Assembly (NCBI GenBank): GCA_034723595.1
Contig: JAYEPB010000078.1
Span: 9,592-73,591, forward strand
Length of the DNA stretch: 64,000 bases
Source of the DNA: Nanobdellota archaeon
Lineage (GTDB): Archaea > Nanobdellota > Nanobdellia > Woesearchaeales > JAGLGH01
Direction: 5' to 3'
The notes below the pieces were generated by a model. The model searched no databases. It had not been told where the DNA came from and saw only the letters and a list, made by a program, of their open reading frames with translations. Positions 18,513 through 28,738 of the stretch are shown here, one piece after another. The first letter of the stretch is position 1. Every line of letters begins with the position of its first letter. Position numbers and translations under genes: made by a program.

Positions 18513-19448
18513 ATGCGCAAGGAATTACACCCTTTTATGAAGCGAAAAGTAGTACGACACGGCTCAGCAACATTGACAATAAGCCTACCTTCAAAATGGG
18601 CAAAAAAGTTTGACATAAAGCAAGGGGATGAACTTGAGATTGAGGAGGAGGGAAGTTCATTAGCTATCTCAACTGAAAAATATTTAAAATTAAATGAATG
18701 TGAATTTGTTATTGATCCTGGAACAATTTCATACATTAGGAGTATTATTAGCAATTCCTATAAGAAAGGATATGATGTAATTAATTTAAAATTTGAAGAA
18801 CCAAATGTAATTGTAACAATTCAAAAAGTTGTTGATGGATTATTAGGATATGAGATAGTTGAACAAGGTCAAGGCTATTGTATTATTAAAAATGTTGCGT
18901 CAGGGCTAGAAACAGAATTTGAGTCTATGTTAAAGAAATCATTCTTTATGACTTTAACAATGGGAGAAATATGTCTTGAGGATATTAATAATAAAAAATT
19001 AAAAAACTATGAAGAAATTCGACAAATGAAAGATAATATAACAAAATTTACGAATTTCTGCAAAAGATTAACTAATAAGGCAAAAAAGAATCTTGACTCA
19101 AATTCATTTGCTTATCTTATTCTCTGGAGTTTAGAAAAGATTGCTAATGAATATAAATATATCTATCGTTATTTGTCTAAACATACAACAAATCAATTAT
19201 CAAAAAAAACATTGGATTATTTTAAGAATACAAATCAATTATTAAGGTTATATTTTGATGGATTTTATAAGAAAGATAATAAGATGATTAAAAATATTAC
19301 AACACTTAAAGATCAATATTTATATAAAGATTTATATGATGTATTAAAACAAACAAAACACCTAGATTCTGTTGTAATCCACCATCTTGCTAATATTATT
19401 AGAAGAGTATATGATATGACTGGTCCTTATTTTGGCATTTATCTCTAA
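18513..19448 (+). CDS. putative regulator with an N-terminal AbrB/SpoVT-type swapped-hairpin domain
   Basis: VVRHGSATLTISLPSKWAKKFDIKQGDELEI resembles AbrB/MazE-like DNA-binding barrels. The rest is helical and unassigned. Confidence 0.35.
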   Translation: MRKELHPFMKRKVVRHGSATLTISLPSKWAKKFDIKQGDELEIEEEGSSLAISTEKYLKLNECEFVIDPGTISYIRSIISNSYKKGYDVINLKFEEPNVIVTIQKVVDGLLGYEIVEQGQGYCIIKNVASGLETEFESMLKKSFFMTLTMGEICLEDINNKKLKNYEEIRQMKDNITKFTNFCKRLTNKAKKNLDSNSFAYLILWSLEKIANEYKYIYRYLSKHTTNQLSKKTLDYFKNTNQLLRLYFDGFYKKDNKMIKNITTLKDQYLYKDLYDVLKQTKHLDSVVIHHLANIIRRVYDMTGPYFGIYL

Positions 19449-22297
19449 ATCTTGTTTTTCAAAGCAACTAATTCATCTTCAACCTGCTGCATAGAATCAT
19501 ATCTTTTTTTAGGATTATATTCCAGGCATTTCATAATAACGCTTGCTAAATGAGGATTTATCTCTGGTTTTATATCCTGAAGACTCTTAGCTCTTAATTC
19601 TCCTTCATAAACCCCCTCTGCGAATTTAGTCTTATCTCCTTGTATATCCTGATAACTAATGGGTTTTTGTCCAGTCAAAGATTCATAAAGTAACACGCCA
19701 AAGCTATACTGGTCTGCTTTCTTGGTAGGAGATTCTCCACCAAGAATCCTTTCCGGAGCAGTATATTCTCTTACTCCTTTGATAGTACTTTGAGATTCTT
19801 TAAATCTTGAAAATGCTAAGTCCAAAAGAAATACCAACCCATTTCTGGCAACAATAACATTATCTTTTTTAATATCATTATGTGTAAATCCTTTTGTATG
19901 GATATAATTTAAAGAATATGCAGTTTTGGCAAAAACTTCAATTATTTCTTCTTCTGGTCGTTCTTGAGTGAAATATTGTTCAAATGTTTTTCCTTCAATA
20001 TATTCAGATATTAAACCAAGTGATTCTTTATCATTTAATTTCATTCTTTGGCTGCCTAAAAATTGTGGTAATGGTCTATATTGATAATTCTTAAAGTCAT
20101 CTCTAGACCTTGAAATTGTTTTGCTGTTTATTCTTTTTTCTTCCTTACTAATTTCATTAAGAGCTTTATCGATAGAGCCATATTTCTTAATTATTTTATC
20201 AACATTATCATTATCTAAATTTTTTGAAGGTAACTTTAAAATTTTAATAAAATCATCTTCAGTTTCATCCTGATCTCTTATTAAATAAATATTACTCCAC
20301 CCTCCATTTGTGAACTTATGAAGGATATCATAATCATCAATTTCAATCAGTGAACATTCTTTGAGTTCTTCAGATGATATACATTTATTTTCTTTTAAAA
20401 TTTGATTTAAATTTTTATAGTTCACATGTTTATTATGGACCAATTCTGTCAATTCAGAGATGATTTGCTCTTCAGTTTTATTCTGGGAGTATTTAGAATC
20501 AAGATAACTTTTAATAAATTCATATCCTTCATCTTCGATTGGTTTTATTTCAGGGGTGTTGACTGTTTCGGCAAGGTATCTTATTGATTTTGCAATTTCA
20601 CGAATAGAATGCATAGCATTAATTTTTTTTCTAAATGAATCTTTCTTATAAGACTGGATTCCTTTGTTATATAGTTCTAAAAACAAAGTTGGATTAATAT
20701 ATGCTAATTTGCCAAAACATTGATTAAATTTACTCTTATCAGGTTCCATAACTTCATCCCCCATCAATTCCCAATAATATTTATTTGCAGTTATAGAATC
20801 TTGCTCATAAAGATTAGGCAAATAATTAATCATATTCTGTTTTATCTTAGCATTTCCATTACCCCATAATTTTTTAAATAACTTCTTTGCAAACTTTTTA
20901 TTGGCTTGGAATAATTGTGGAAATACTTCTAAAACACTTAAGTTAACATCTTCCTCAGGATCTTTAATAGCTTTATAAAATAATTTTGATGCTAATATAG
21001 GATTTATTTCAAATAACTTGCCTAATGAATTAGCAGTGCCTCTTCTAACACTAGAATCATTATTGGCCATTCCTGCCAAATATAATTGTTCTAATTCATT
21101 ATTAGTCTGAAAATTAAGATAATCTATTTTAGTACTAATTAAATATCTTATGTGCTTCTGAAAACAACTTTCGCCTTCAGATATATCTTCAATTCCATTT
21201 TTATAATACTCAAAAGCCTTTCCAGGGCAGATATTAGAAATAGCAGAGAAGGAACTAAGAGTGTCCTTTTCCATACCAAAATTCCCTGTTAAACCATCTT
21301 CAAAATAAGTAACTGCAGTTTTAGGATTTACTTTAATTAAAGCATCAAGATGACCATAAAATGAAGATTTTATATCCTCATCAATAGTTTTCCCACCATT
21401 TTTCATTACATTCTCAAATAAAGTCTCTAAATATGTGGGTTGATACTTAGCTAATCTATTCAGAATTTCTCCTAATTCTCTTTCACTTAATTTATTCTTT
21501 GAAAATGTTTTCGTATAAATAATTGTCTTATCAATAACTTGTTTAGCTAATTCGAAATCTTTTGGAATCAAAGATTTAACTACTTCATGTAAATTATTTT
21601 CATAATCTAAGTAATCTTCATGAGATATTGCCATAGAGATTAAATCTTTTGTCAATTTAGGATTTGAAGCATAAGTATCTTTCAGGGATTTAATTAAATA
21701 CTGCCTTCCAGGCACTACATCTCCTGTTAAATCAGGGTCTGAAAAAAGCATATTAAATATTTTTTTAGATATCTTATGCCTATATTTTTTATCCAACATA
21801 GATTCATTTTTAATAAAATATCTATGAGCACCACATAAAAAAGGGCTAAGAGACCTCACAAATAAATTATTTTTATCCTTTATGTTTGGCTTATCTGCCA
21901 ATACCATTAATTTATTGTACATATATGATAAGGATTCATCATCACATTTCAAGAGAGAAGAGACTGCATATTCATTGATACCAGAAAGATATTGTTCTTT
22001 AGAAGAACCAACATAAAAACCCAAAGCTAATTTGGGATTAAATTTTATGAGCGCATCTAAGGATTCTACAAGCATTTCTTGTATATTCTTATTTTTAGTT
22101 TGCCAACCCTCTATATACAATTGACTAACTATTCGTTTTCTCCGTTCCCTTTCAATTTTATCTAATATTCTAGATTTTTGCTTAGAGTTCAAGCTAGAAT
22201 AAGATTCTTCAACACTAGACTCTAAAGATGCATGATTTTGACTCATATCCCATAGGAAGTGATAAAGAGTATTTAAATGTTTCTGTTTAGTTATCAC
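19445..22297 (-). CDS. eukaryote-like Ser/Thr protein kinase with a long N-terminal HEAT/ARM-type repeat region
   Basis: C-terminal about 300 aa with a Gly loop NGGWSNIY, Lys in IKILK, catalytic loop HNDIKKDN, DLA (DFG-like), APE and DQYSFGVLLYE. The N-terminal 600 aa has recurring repeats of the form (I/V)NP..A..(L/F)(Y/F)..(G/A)(I/L). Confidence 0.7.
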   Translation of the reverse strand: MITKQKHLNTLYHFLWDMSQNHASLESSVEESYSSLNSKQKSRILDKIERERRKRIVSQLYIEGWQTKNKNIQEMLVESLDALIKFNPKLALGFYVGSSKEQYLSGINEYAVSSLLKCDDESLSYMYNKLMVLADKPNIKDKNNLFVRSLSPFLCGAHRYFIKNESMLDKKYRHKISKKIFNMLFSDPDLTGDVVPGRQYLIKSLKDTYASNPKLTKDLISMAISHEDYLDYENNLHEVVKSLIPKDFELAKQVIDKTIIYTKTFSKNKLSERELGEILNRLAKYQPTYLETLFENVMKNGGKTIDEDIKSSFYGHLDALIKVNPKTAVTYFEDGLTGNFGMEKDTLSSFSAISNICPGKAFEYYKNGIEDISEGESCFQKHIRYLISTKIDYLNFQTNNELEQLYLAGMANNDSSVRRGTANSLGKLFEINPILASKLFYKAIKDPEEDVNLSVLEVFPQLFQANKKFAKKLFKKLWGNGNAKIKQNMINYLPNLYEQDSITANKYYWELMGDEVMEPDKSKFNQCFGKLAYINPTLFLELYNKGIQSYKKDSFRKKINAMHSIREIAKSIRYLAETVNTPEIKPIEDEGYEFIKSYLDSKYSQNKTEEQIISELTELVHNKHVNYKNLNQILKENKCISSEELKECSLIEIDDYDILHKFTNGGWSNIYLIRDQDETEDDFIKILKLPSKNLDNDNVDKIIKKYGSIDKALNEISKEEKRINSKTISRSRDDFKNYQYRPLPQFLGSQRMKLNDKESLGLISEYIEGKTFEQYFTQERPEEEIIEVFAKTAYSLNYIHTKGFTHNDIKKDNVIVARNGLVFLLDLAFSRFKESQSTIKGVREYTAPERILGGESPTKKADQYSFGVLLYESLTGQKPISYQDIQGDKTKFAEGVYEGELRAKSLQDIKPEINPHLASVIMKCLEYNPKKRYDSMQQVEDELVALKNKI

Positions 22298-22504
22298 TGC
22301 CCAGGGGCAATATTTGATTTTTTGTTAAAATCATAGTATTAACACTAAAAAAATTATTGTAAACATAAAATAATGGTTTGGTACTTTTTCTTAGTTATTT
22401 TTTCTCAACATTTTTTTGTACCACTTTTTTCGTTGATATAATCTAAATTTTTATGGTTCAGGTGCTAAAATTGAGTAGAAGTTTAAAAAAATAAAGAATA
22501 ATAT

Positions 22505-22960
22505 TTATTCTTCGCTTGTTGCTAGTGCTGACGTAAGGGATGCTACATTTCTTAATGTATCATCAATCTTTTTTAAAGCTTCAGCATGTTTTAATTCGAG
22601 AAATTTAGTCATTTCCGTAGGTGCTTTCAAGTTTTTTAATTTCTTTTCTTCTCTTTCCATTAATATAAGAGATTCTTTTAGCAAATGCGCATCATAAATC
22701 ATATCAACTAAAACCAAACCTAAAGATTCTAATGCATTGTCCATCACGTTGACTAATTCTTTTTCGTCTTTTTCTACATCTCTTGAGTTTCCTGCTTCTA
22801 TTGCTTTATCAAGATCTTTAAGATATTTTTTTACATTAGCGATATTTTTTTCAAGATCCCTTACTTTTTGGAATTCCTGTCTTCTCCTCATAAAATCTCC
22901 AATAAGCTTTTTCTTTGTCTCTAAAGCTATTAATCTTGCTTTATCTGCTACATCTGCCAT
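22505..22960 (-). CDS. coiled-coil protein (151 aa), function unknown
   Basis: Heptad-rich charged sequence. No enzymatic motif. Confidence 0.35.
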   Translation of the reverse strand: MADVADKARLIALETKKKLIGDFMRRRQEFQKVRDLEKNIANVKKYLKDLDKAIEAGNSRDVEKDEKELVNVMDNALESLGLVLVDMIYDAHLLKESLILMEREEKKLKNLKAPTEMTKFLELKHAEALKKIDDTLRNVASLTSALATSEE

Positions 22961-22966
22961 TTTTAT

Positions 22967-23113
22967 TCATCCTCCGATAAAAGGTATCTTCCAATTGCCT
23001 GACATTATCATATATGTCAGAAATCCACCTAATATTAATCCTATAATAATTCCTATAACAAATCCGAATCCTATTGGGCTTGTTATCACTCCTTTTTTTG
23101 AATTGAACATCAT
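22967..23113 (-). CDS. small single-pass membrane protein (48 aa, MMFNSKKGVITSPIGFGFVIGIIIGLILGGFLTYMIMSGNWKIPFIGG)
   Basis: Manually translated; not in the ORF track because it is under 60 aa. ATG at 23113. Ends 6 nt before the coiled-coil gene start. Confidence 0.35.
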   Translation of the reverse strand: MMFNSKKGVITSPIGFGFVIGIIIGLILGGFLTYMIMSGNWKIPFIGG

Positions 23114-23114
23114 T

Positions 23115-23249
23115 TTAACAGCTAATATAAGGAACTTTTAATATTCCTTTCATTATAATATACATTAATATCATGCCAAGTATAAATGCAAACACAATCC
23201 ATGTAAATGGATGAAGGATAATTCCTTTTTTTTGTTTGAATAACTTCAT
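23115..23249 (-). CDS. small single-pass membrane protein (44 aa, MKLFKQKKGIILHPFTWIVFAFILGMILMYIIMKGILKVPYISC), paralog of the 48-aa gene
   Basis: Manually translated. Shares the KKG(I/V)I...P and K(I/V)P(Y/F)I pattern with the neighbour. Its stop is 1 nt from the next ATG. Confidence 0.35.
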   Translation of the reverse strand: MKLFKQKKGIILHPFTWIVFAFILGMILMYIIMKGILKVPYISC

Positions 23250-23358
23250 GAATATCACCTCTTATTTTTATCTTTTAAGTAAGAAGTATTTAAACCTTAT
23301 TATTTTGTGATTTGATTTTTTCAAAATCAAATCAATAAGTAATGCGAAATGTTTATAT

Positions 23359-23835
23359 ATGTGTGATTTTATTTTGTATGTTATTATGATATCAGCAACC
23401 AAATCAAATCCTGGAGAGATGATCTCTAAACTAGGAGCAGCAGCCAATTCTATGAAAGAAAAGATGAAGAATCGTCAGGCAGGCGATACAAATGCAGATA
23501 AAGAGATTCTGGAGGTAATCTTCAGCGCAGATGATAATATAAAGAAACTTGCATATAGCTTTCTTCTCATGCTTGAACAAGACGGCAGGCTGAATGCAGC
23601 AAATATCCCTGTTCTTGAAGCGATTGAAAAGATGGATGATAAGATGAGGAAGCATGCGAAGCATGGCATAAAAGAGGATGATTATATCAGAAGAGTGGCA
23701 GCTCATTTTGAAGCAATGACAGAAATAAAACTCAAAAAAGCGGCAAAACTTGCAAAACATATGGGACTTGCAAAAAGATACGAAGAGATGGCAAAAGAGC
23801 ATGAGAGGATTGCTCAGGCAGAATCAAAGCCGTAA
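23359..23835 (+). CDS. hypothetical alpha-helical protein (158 aa)
   Basis: ORF only. Confidence 0.35.
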   Translation: MCDFILYVIMISATKSNPGEMISKLGAAANSMKEKMKNRQAGDTNADKEILEVIFSADDNIKKLAYSFLLMLEQDGRLNAANIPVLEAIEKMDDKMRKHAKHGIKEDDYIRRVAAHFEAMTEIKLKKAAKLAKHMGLAKRYEEMAKEHERIAQAESKP

Positions 23836-23878
23836 TATTTATATAGTCTTAATATAAATTGTATATCATGGTGACCTT

Positions 23879-25564
23879 ATGAGAAAGAAGCAGTTGTTAA
23901 TATTCCCTATTGTATTTAGTATATTATCTTCTATTGTATTTGCTGCGCAAAAGAACTGGCTAAAAGTCTTGCTTGAACCATTCTTTGGCTGGAATATCGC
24001 AGCAACATATCAGCAGGCTGCTTCATTTATTGATTTCGTATTATACATATTCATTTTTCTATACATTACAAGATACGCTATATCAAAACGATTTGAAGGA
24101 GCGACTGCAAAAAGTCTTAGTGTTGTTATAGCAATTGTGCTTGCCGTAGGTATGTCTGTTTTTGAAAGGATGTTTGATTTTAACCTTGGGAAGCTTGCCC
24201 CTCTTGCTGGCCTTATATTATTCGCGGTCATCGCAATGATAGCGTTCAATGTCATCAAGGGATTTGGAGCAGGAAGTGCAAGTGCAGGAGCATGGGCTTA
24301 TCTTCTGCTTTATGGGATTCTGAGCGCAACTGCATCAAAATATCTTACCTGGTTGTATGATAAAGTTCCATTCTTTGAAGGCATTCTTTATATTGGCGTG
24401 ATTATTTCTATATTTGGCATACTTAAAGGTCTTTGGTCTATTGTGCCTATCACAGGAGGTCAGACAACTGGAGCAGGCAAAAAATTGTGGGATATTACTA
24501 AGAAAGGCGCCTCAGGAGTCAAAGGCACACTTGATTCATGGAAGGAAAAGAGGCGGCAGAAGATTGCAGCTAAAGAACAAGAGATAAGAAACACCAAAGC
24601 AGCAATAAGCAGAATAGAAACTGATATAAATAATCTAGGAGATATTAGTGATAAGTTATGGGAAAAAGATGAATATCTTCAGAAAGAGAAACAGGAAAGA
24701 TTGAGATTATTAAGTAATGAATATAATCGTATACGATCAATTAATCAAGAGATTAACAGAATAAATAATTCAATCCAAACCTTCCGTGAGATGGATAGAT
24801 TTGGAAATGATAAAAGAGTAGCAGAAGCAGAACAGAAACTGACTGATTATAATCAAAAAGTTCAACAGTATTTGACAGAATTATCACATATCATTATAGA
24901 ATTAACTTCTTTTATCGATGAAGAGAAAAATAATCTAAGAAATCAAATTAGAGAATCAAATGAAACAAATGCAAGATTAAATGAAAAGATTAATCAGTCT
25001 AAAATGCTAATAACAGAACTTAAAAATGAATTAAAAGATATTTCAAGATTACTTCAAACTGAGAAAGATAAAAATAAAAAATCTGAATTAGAAAATAAAT
25101 CAAAAGTTATTCAAAAGAATATTAAAGAAGTGAAAGATGAAGAGAAAAAGGTCGTTAAAACCTTAAAGATAGAAACAGAAAAAAAGAAAAATATGGAAAA
25201 AGCAATTGACAAAGCAGTTGAAGAGACAAATAAATTCAAAGAGCTTGAAGAATTAGTAAAAGAAATTGATGGTATAATCAAAGGAAAAAAATACAAAAAA
25301 AGAGTTCTGAAGTTGCCCCAAACAGCCTCTGCTCAAAAAAAAGTGCTTAAAGCAGAGATTCAGAAATTGCATGAGACATATAAGACAAAACAAGATATTT
25401 TTTTCGAAAAGATGAATAAACTATACAAAATAGACAAACAATATAATGGTTTCCATAATAAAATCAGAGACTTAAATAAAGAGTTAAAGGTATTAGAGAA
25501 GGCAGGATCACCGGATGACGAAGAGAAGATAAAAATATTCCAAAAGTCATTTCCTAAAAAATAA
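23879..25564 (+). CDS. membrane-anchored coiled-coil protein, paralog 1 (multi-TM N-domain plus a long K/E-rich coiled coil)
   Basis: N-terminal about 190 aa with 4-5 TM helices and a conserved LLEPFFGWNIAATYQQAASFIDFVLY block, followed by about 350 aa of heptad-rich charged sequence. Confidence 0.55.
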   Translation: MRKKQLLIFPIVFSILSSIVFAAQKNWLKVLLEPFFGWNIAATYQQAASFIDFVLYIFIFLYITRYAISKRFEGATAKSLSVVIAIVLAVGMSVFERMFDFNLGKLAPLAGLILFAVIAMIAFNVIKGFGAGSASAGAWAYLLLYGILSATASKYLTWLYDKVPFFEGILYIGVIISIFGILKGLWSIVPITGGQTTGAGKKLWDITKKGASGVKGTLDSWKEKRRQKIAAKEQEIRNTKAAISRIETDINNLGDISDKLWEKDEYLQKEKQERLRLLSNEYNRIRSINQEINRINNSIQTFREMDRFGNDKRVAEAEQKLTDYNQKVQQYLTELSHIIIELTSFIDEEKNNLRNQIRESNETNARLNEKINQSKMLITELKNELKDISRLLQTEKDKNKKSELENKSKVIQKNIKEVKDEEKKVVKTLKIETEKKKNMEKAIDKAVEETNKFKELEELVKEIDGIIKGKKYKKRVLKLPQTASAQKKVLKAEIQKLHETYKTKQDIFFEKMNKLYKIDKQYNGFHNKIRDLNKELKVLEKAGSPDDEEKIKIFQKSFPKK

Positions 25565-26893
25565 TTGGCTAAAACTATGGCGTTTGCATCTAACATATTG
25601 GACAGATTATTAGAGCCTTTTTTTGGCTGGAATATAGCAGGAACATATCAGAGTGCTTCACAATTCATAGATTTTGTCCTTTATCTTATTTTCTTCATAT
25701 CAGTTACGCGTTTTGCGTTAGCAAAAAGATTTGATGCAAAGACGCAGAGACCCATTACTATCATGTTAGGCATTGCTCTTGCGATAGGGATGTCATTCTT
25801 TGGAATGAGATGGGGATTTAGCATAGGTGATTTAGCGCCTTTGGCAGGATTATTATTTTTGTTTGTGCTTGGCATGATGTTCTTTAAACTTATCAAAGAC
25901 ATGGGTGATAGCGCCCCAGGAGCAGGAGCATTTGCATTCCTTCTTATCTTCTTTTCAATGACTGCAATAGTGCCAAGCTTCTACAGCTGGATAATTCAAA
26001 AAGTCCCATTTCTAGAGGCTCTGCTTTCTATAGGTGTAATTTTGGCAGTGTTTATAGCTGTGAAAGAGATGTTTGGGCTTATAACTGGTGGAGGAGGGGC
26101 AAAAGCAGATGGGGATATGGGTTTGAGTGATAGCCAAGAATATCTGAAGAAGAAAGAAAAGAAAAAAAGAGAAATTGTTGAAAAAGGAGTTGAAAGATTA
26201 AGGCAAGAAGCTGATGAAGTAAGAGAAAAGGCCGCAGTTGCAAAGACTCCAGAGGAGAAAAAAGCATATAAAAAAAAAGCAGATGATAATAGGGCAAAGG
26301 CTGATGAGAAGTTGGAAGATGAACTAACTTCAAGAGGTTCTATTGGAGGTATTCCAGTTAGATCAAGGTTATCTAGTGCAGAACTAATAAAAAGAAGAAA
26401 AGAATACCTCAAAAGGTTAGAAGACCTTGAAAAAGAGAAATTGGAAGAAATAGAAACAATTAAAAAAGAATTAATAGAATTTCAAGAAAAATTAGAACAA
26501 ATGAACCTACGGAATTATGAAGATTTATCAGATGGAAATAAGGAAATCTACATAGATATAGGAAGGAATATTCAAAATAAATTATTAAAATTAGTAAATA
26601 CTTTGTTTAAACTTGAAAAATGTGAAATTAAAGACTTAGAATTTCTGAAAAAATTAAGATATAATGTTGATACTAGGCAAATATCAAGATTTTATTTAAA
26701 CATAATCGGCAATGAAGAGATGATAAAGAAGGAATATAATTTAGTTATGCTTGTAAAAAGATTTTCAGAGAAGATAGTTAAAATTATGGAAGAACAAAAT
26801 AAGATTCCTCATCTCCCTGGATTAATTTCAAGAATAATACAAGTAGTTGATAAATTAAAAGAAATCAATGAAGAGTCATTAAGTAGATTATGA
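25565..26893 (+). CDS. membrane-anchored coiled-coil protein, paralog 2
   Basis: Same architecture and the same LLEPFFGWNIAGTYQSASQFIDFVLY block. Likely true start is the ATG at 25577 (MAFASNIL). Confidence 0.55.
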   Translation: MAKTMAFASNILDRLLEPFFGWNIAGTYQSASQFIDFVLYLIFFISVTRFALAKRFDAKTQRPITIMLGIALAIGMSFFGMRWGFSIGDLAPLAGLLFLFVLGMMFFKLIKDMGDSAPGAGAFAFLLIFFSMTAIVPSFYSWIIQKVPFLEALLSIGVILAVFIAVKEMFGLITGGGGAKADGDMGLSDSQEYLKKKEKKKREIVEKGVERLRQEADEVREKAAVAKTPEEKKAYKKKADDNRAKADEKLEDELTSRGSIGGIPVRSRLSSAELIKRRKEYLKRLEDLEKEKLEEIETIKKELIEFQEKLEQMNLRNYEDLSDGNKEIYIDIGRNIQNKLLKLVNTLFKLEKCEIKDLEFLKKLRYNVDTRQISRFYLNIIGNEEMIKKEYNLVMLVKRFSEKIVKIMEEQNKIPHLPGLISRIIQVVDKLKEINEESLSRL

Positions 26894-27940
26894 TTGATTT
26901 AAATCTATATTTTTATAATTCACTTTTTCCCCATCCACAATCAATAGACCTGCTTTATTATCACTAGCGCATCCTGGATTATAGAATAATGTTGATGTAT
27001 TAGTATTCTCTGCTATAAGATTTTCTTCAATATCATGCGCATTATGGCTAGCATAAGGTATGTGGTTGCTTATGACCTTATTGATATTATATTTATTATA
27101 CCATTCTTTTAGGAACTTGCTTCCACAATTTTCTTTTGATTCAATAGCAAAAAGAGAACAGTTGTCATTCCTAAATAAATCAGCTGCTTTTTGCAACTGC
27201 GCATTAAGATTATCCTCTTCCTCTGAATTGTCAATAATTTTAAAACCATTATTTTTCACTTCTTCTTTATGGTTTAATGGTACTGTTCCTATTTGTAGAT
27301 TACTTAGATTGCCTTGCTCATCTGGTTGAAGGAGTATTAGTTTATAGAAATGCGAATAATCAACACTGGTATTTTTATCAAATTTGCTGGGAACATGATT
27401 AAATGCAATAGTATTACTCTGATTTTTATCTTTTAACATTTCATCCAGTGAATTAGGATTTGTTACATAAACAAGATCATTTTCAAGACCTCCAAATTCT
27501 CTGATTTTCTCAATATCAGAAGGTGAAATTTCTACATATTCATCGCCAAGAAAAACATATAATCCACTTTCAGCAGTATCAGTTTCAATAAATTGCTTCC
27601 CCTTATTAGTCCCTGGTAAAAATAATAAGTCGTGATCCTCTTTTGTAAATATTTGGTCATCACTAGTTACAATATCTACAATATTTTGATATTCTTTCTT
27701 AATTTCAGTTAATGCATCAAAATAATCAAGTACAGTCTCATGACTGCCTGGCTGTACATAAACAGGCTTTTGAGTTTCCCCCATTCTTTTAAGAGTATTA
27801 TATATAATCTGTTTGTTATCACCTATATCTCCATTAAGAATCCATGCATCTACACCGTCATTAGTTATTTTATCAATTAACTCATCAAGTGGTGTGTCTG
27901 TTCCATGAATATCTCCTATGACTCCGTATTTTGTTACCAT
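26888..27940 (-). CDS. calcineurin-like metallophosphoesterase
   Basis: Motifs GDIHG, NGDIGDN (the GDxxDRG position) and PGSHE (the GNHE position). Confidence 0.6.
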   Translation of the reverse strand: MVTKYGVIGDIHGTDTPLDELIDKITNDGVDAWILNGDIGDNKQIIYNTLKRMGETQKPVYVQPGSHETVLDYFDALTEIKKEYQNIVDIVTSDDQIFTKEDHDLLFLPGTNKGKQFIETDTAESGLYVFLGDEYVEISPSDIEKIREFGGLENDLVYVTNPNSLDEMLKDKNQSNTIAFNHVPSKFDKNTSVDYSHFYKLILLQPDEQGNLSNLQIGTVPLNHKEEVKNNGFKIIDNSEEEDNLNAQLQKAADLFRNDNCSLFAIESKENCGSKFLKEWYNKYNINKVISNHIPYASHNAHDIEENLIAENTNTSTLFYNPGCASDNKAGLLIVDGEKVNYKNIDLNQS

Positions 27941-28101
27941 CTTAAATGAGTATTGGATAACTTATATTTAAATGTTTGGTTTTTGTTACTCTCGCCAAGT
28001 AACAAATATGCCTTCAAAGAAATATCAATACTACTCACCATATAAACCTTGCACAATTAAAGAACAATCTGATTATATTTAAATCAAAAACTTCTTAGCT
28101 C

Positions 28102-28650
28102 TCAGCTAATCTTAGCCTTAACTTTCTCAAATCCAAAAGCAAGAATTCCTCCGGATATCACAGTTATCCATTGCATAATGCCCATTGCGCTAAGGAATAT
28201 AACTGGCAGAAATCCGAATTTAAACATTACAAAAGCTGCTATGAATAAGAATATTGATTTAACAGCAGCCCCAATAATTAAAGCAGAAAAATAATCCCAT
28301 TTCTTATGTATATTCAAGAACTTGAATGCACCCACTAACAGGCTGTTTCCAATCCAAATAAAAGCAATCATATAAATCAAGAATGGGGTAAAACTTCCAA
28401 AAATCAATCCAGCAGCCAATACACCAAGTGAGGGGAGCATAATTACAGGCAGTAATTTGTAGCCTTTGACGCTCATGGCAGCACTTATAAGCATAGCATT
28501 TACAATAGTTCCAACAAGCCATTGCGGATGCGCCAGCATGAAAGGCAGGAAGAAACCTGCTAAGGAATATAGCACAACTTCTATTGCCTCATGTCTTATG
28601 CTCCATTTGTATCTCTGAAGGTTTGCAAGTTTGTTAATATTGATATACAT
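28102..28650 (-). CDS. polytopic integral membrane protein (about 6 TM), family unassigned
   Basis: Hydrophobic throughout; could be an ECF/S-component-like transporter subunit, but no motif was verified. Confidence 0.4.
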   Translation of the reverse strand: MYININKLANLQRYKWSIRHEAIEVVLYSLAGFFLPFMLAHPQWLVGTIVNAMLISAAMSVKGYKLLPVIMLPSLGVLAAGLIFGSFTPFLIYMIAFIWIGNSLLVGAFKFLNIHKKWDYFSALIIGAAVKSIFLFIAAFVMFKFGFLPVIFLSAMGIMQWITVISGGILAFGFEKVKAKIS

Positions 28651-28738
28651 ATATGTTAATATTAAATGAACTTATATTTAAAAACTTCGTTTTGCTTTTT
28701 TAGAAAATTATTTAAATGCCGCTATTCTGTAGGCACTT

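Noticed and set aside
22737-23141. 134-aa plus-strand ORF
   Set aside because: Antisense to the coiled-coil gene and the two small membrane-protein genes that form a tight minus-strand array. Its translation is a Ser/Phe/Ile-rich shadow.
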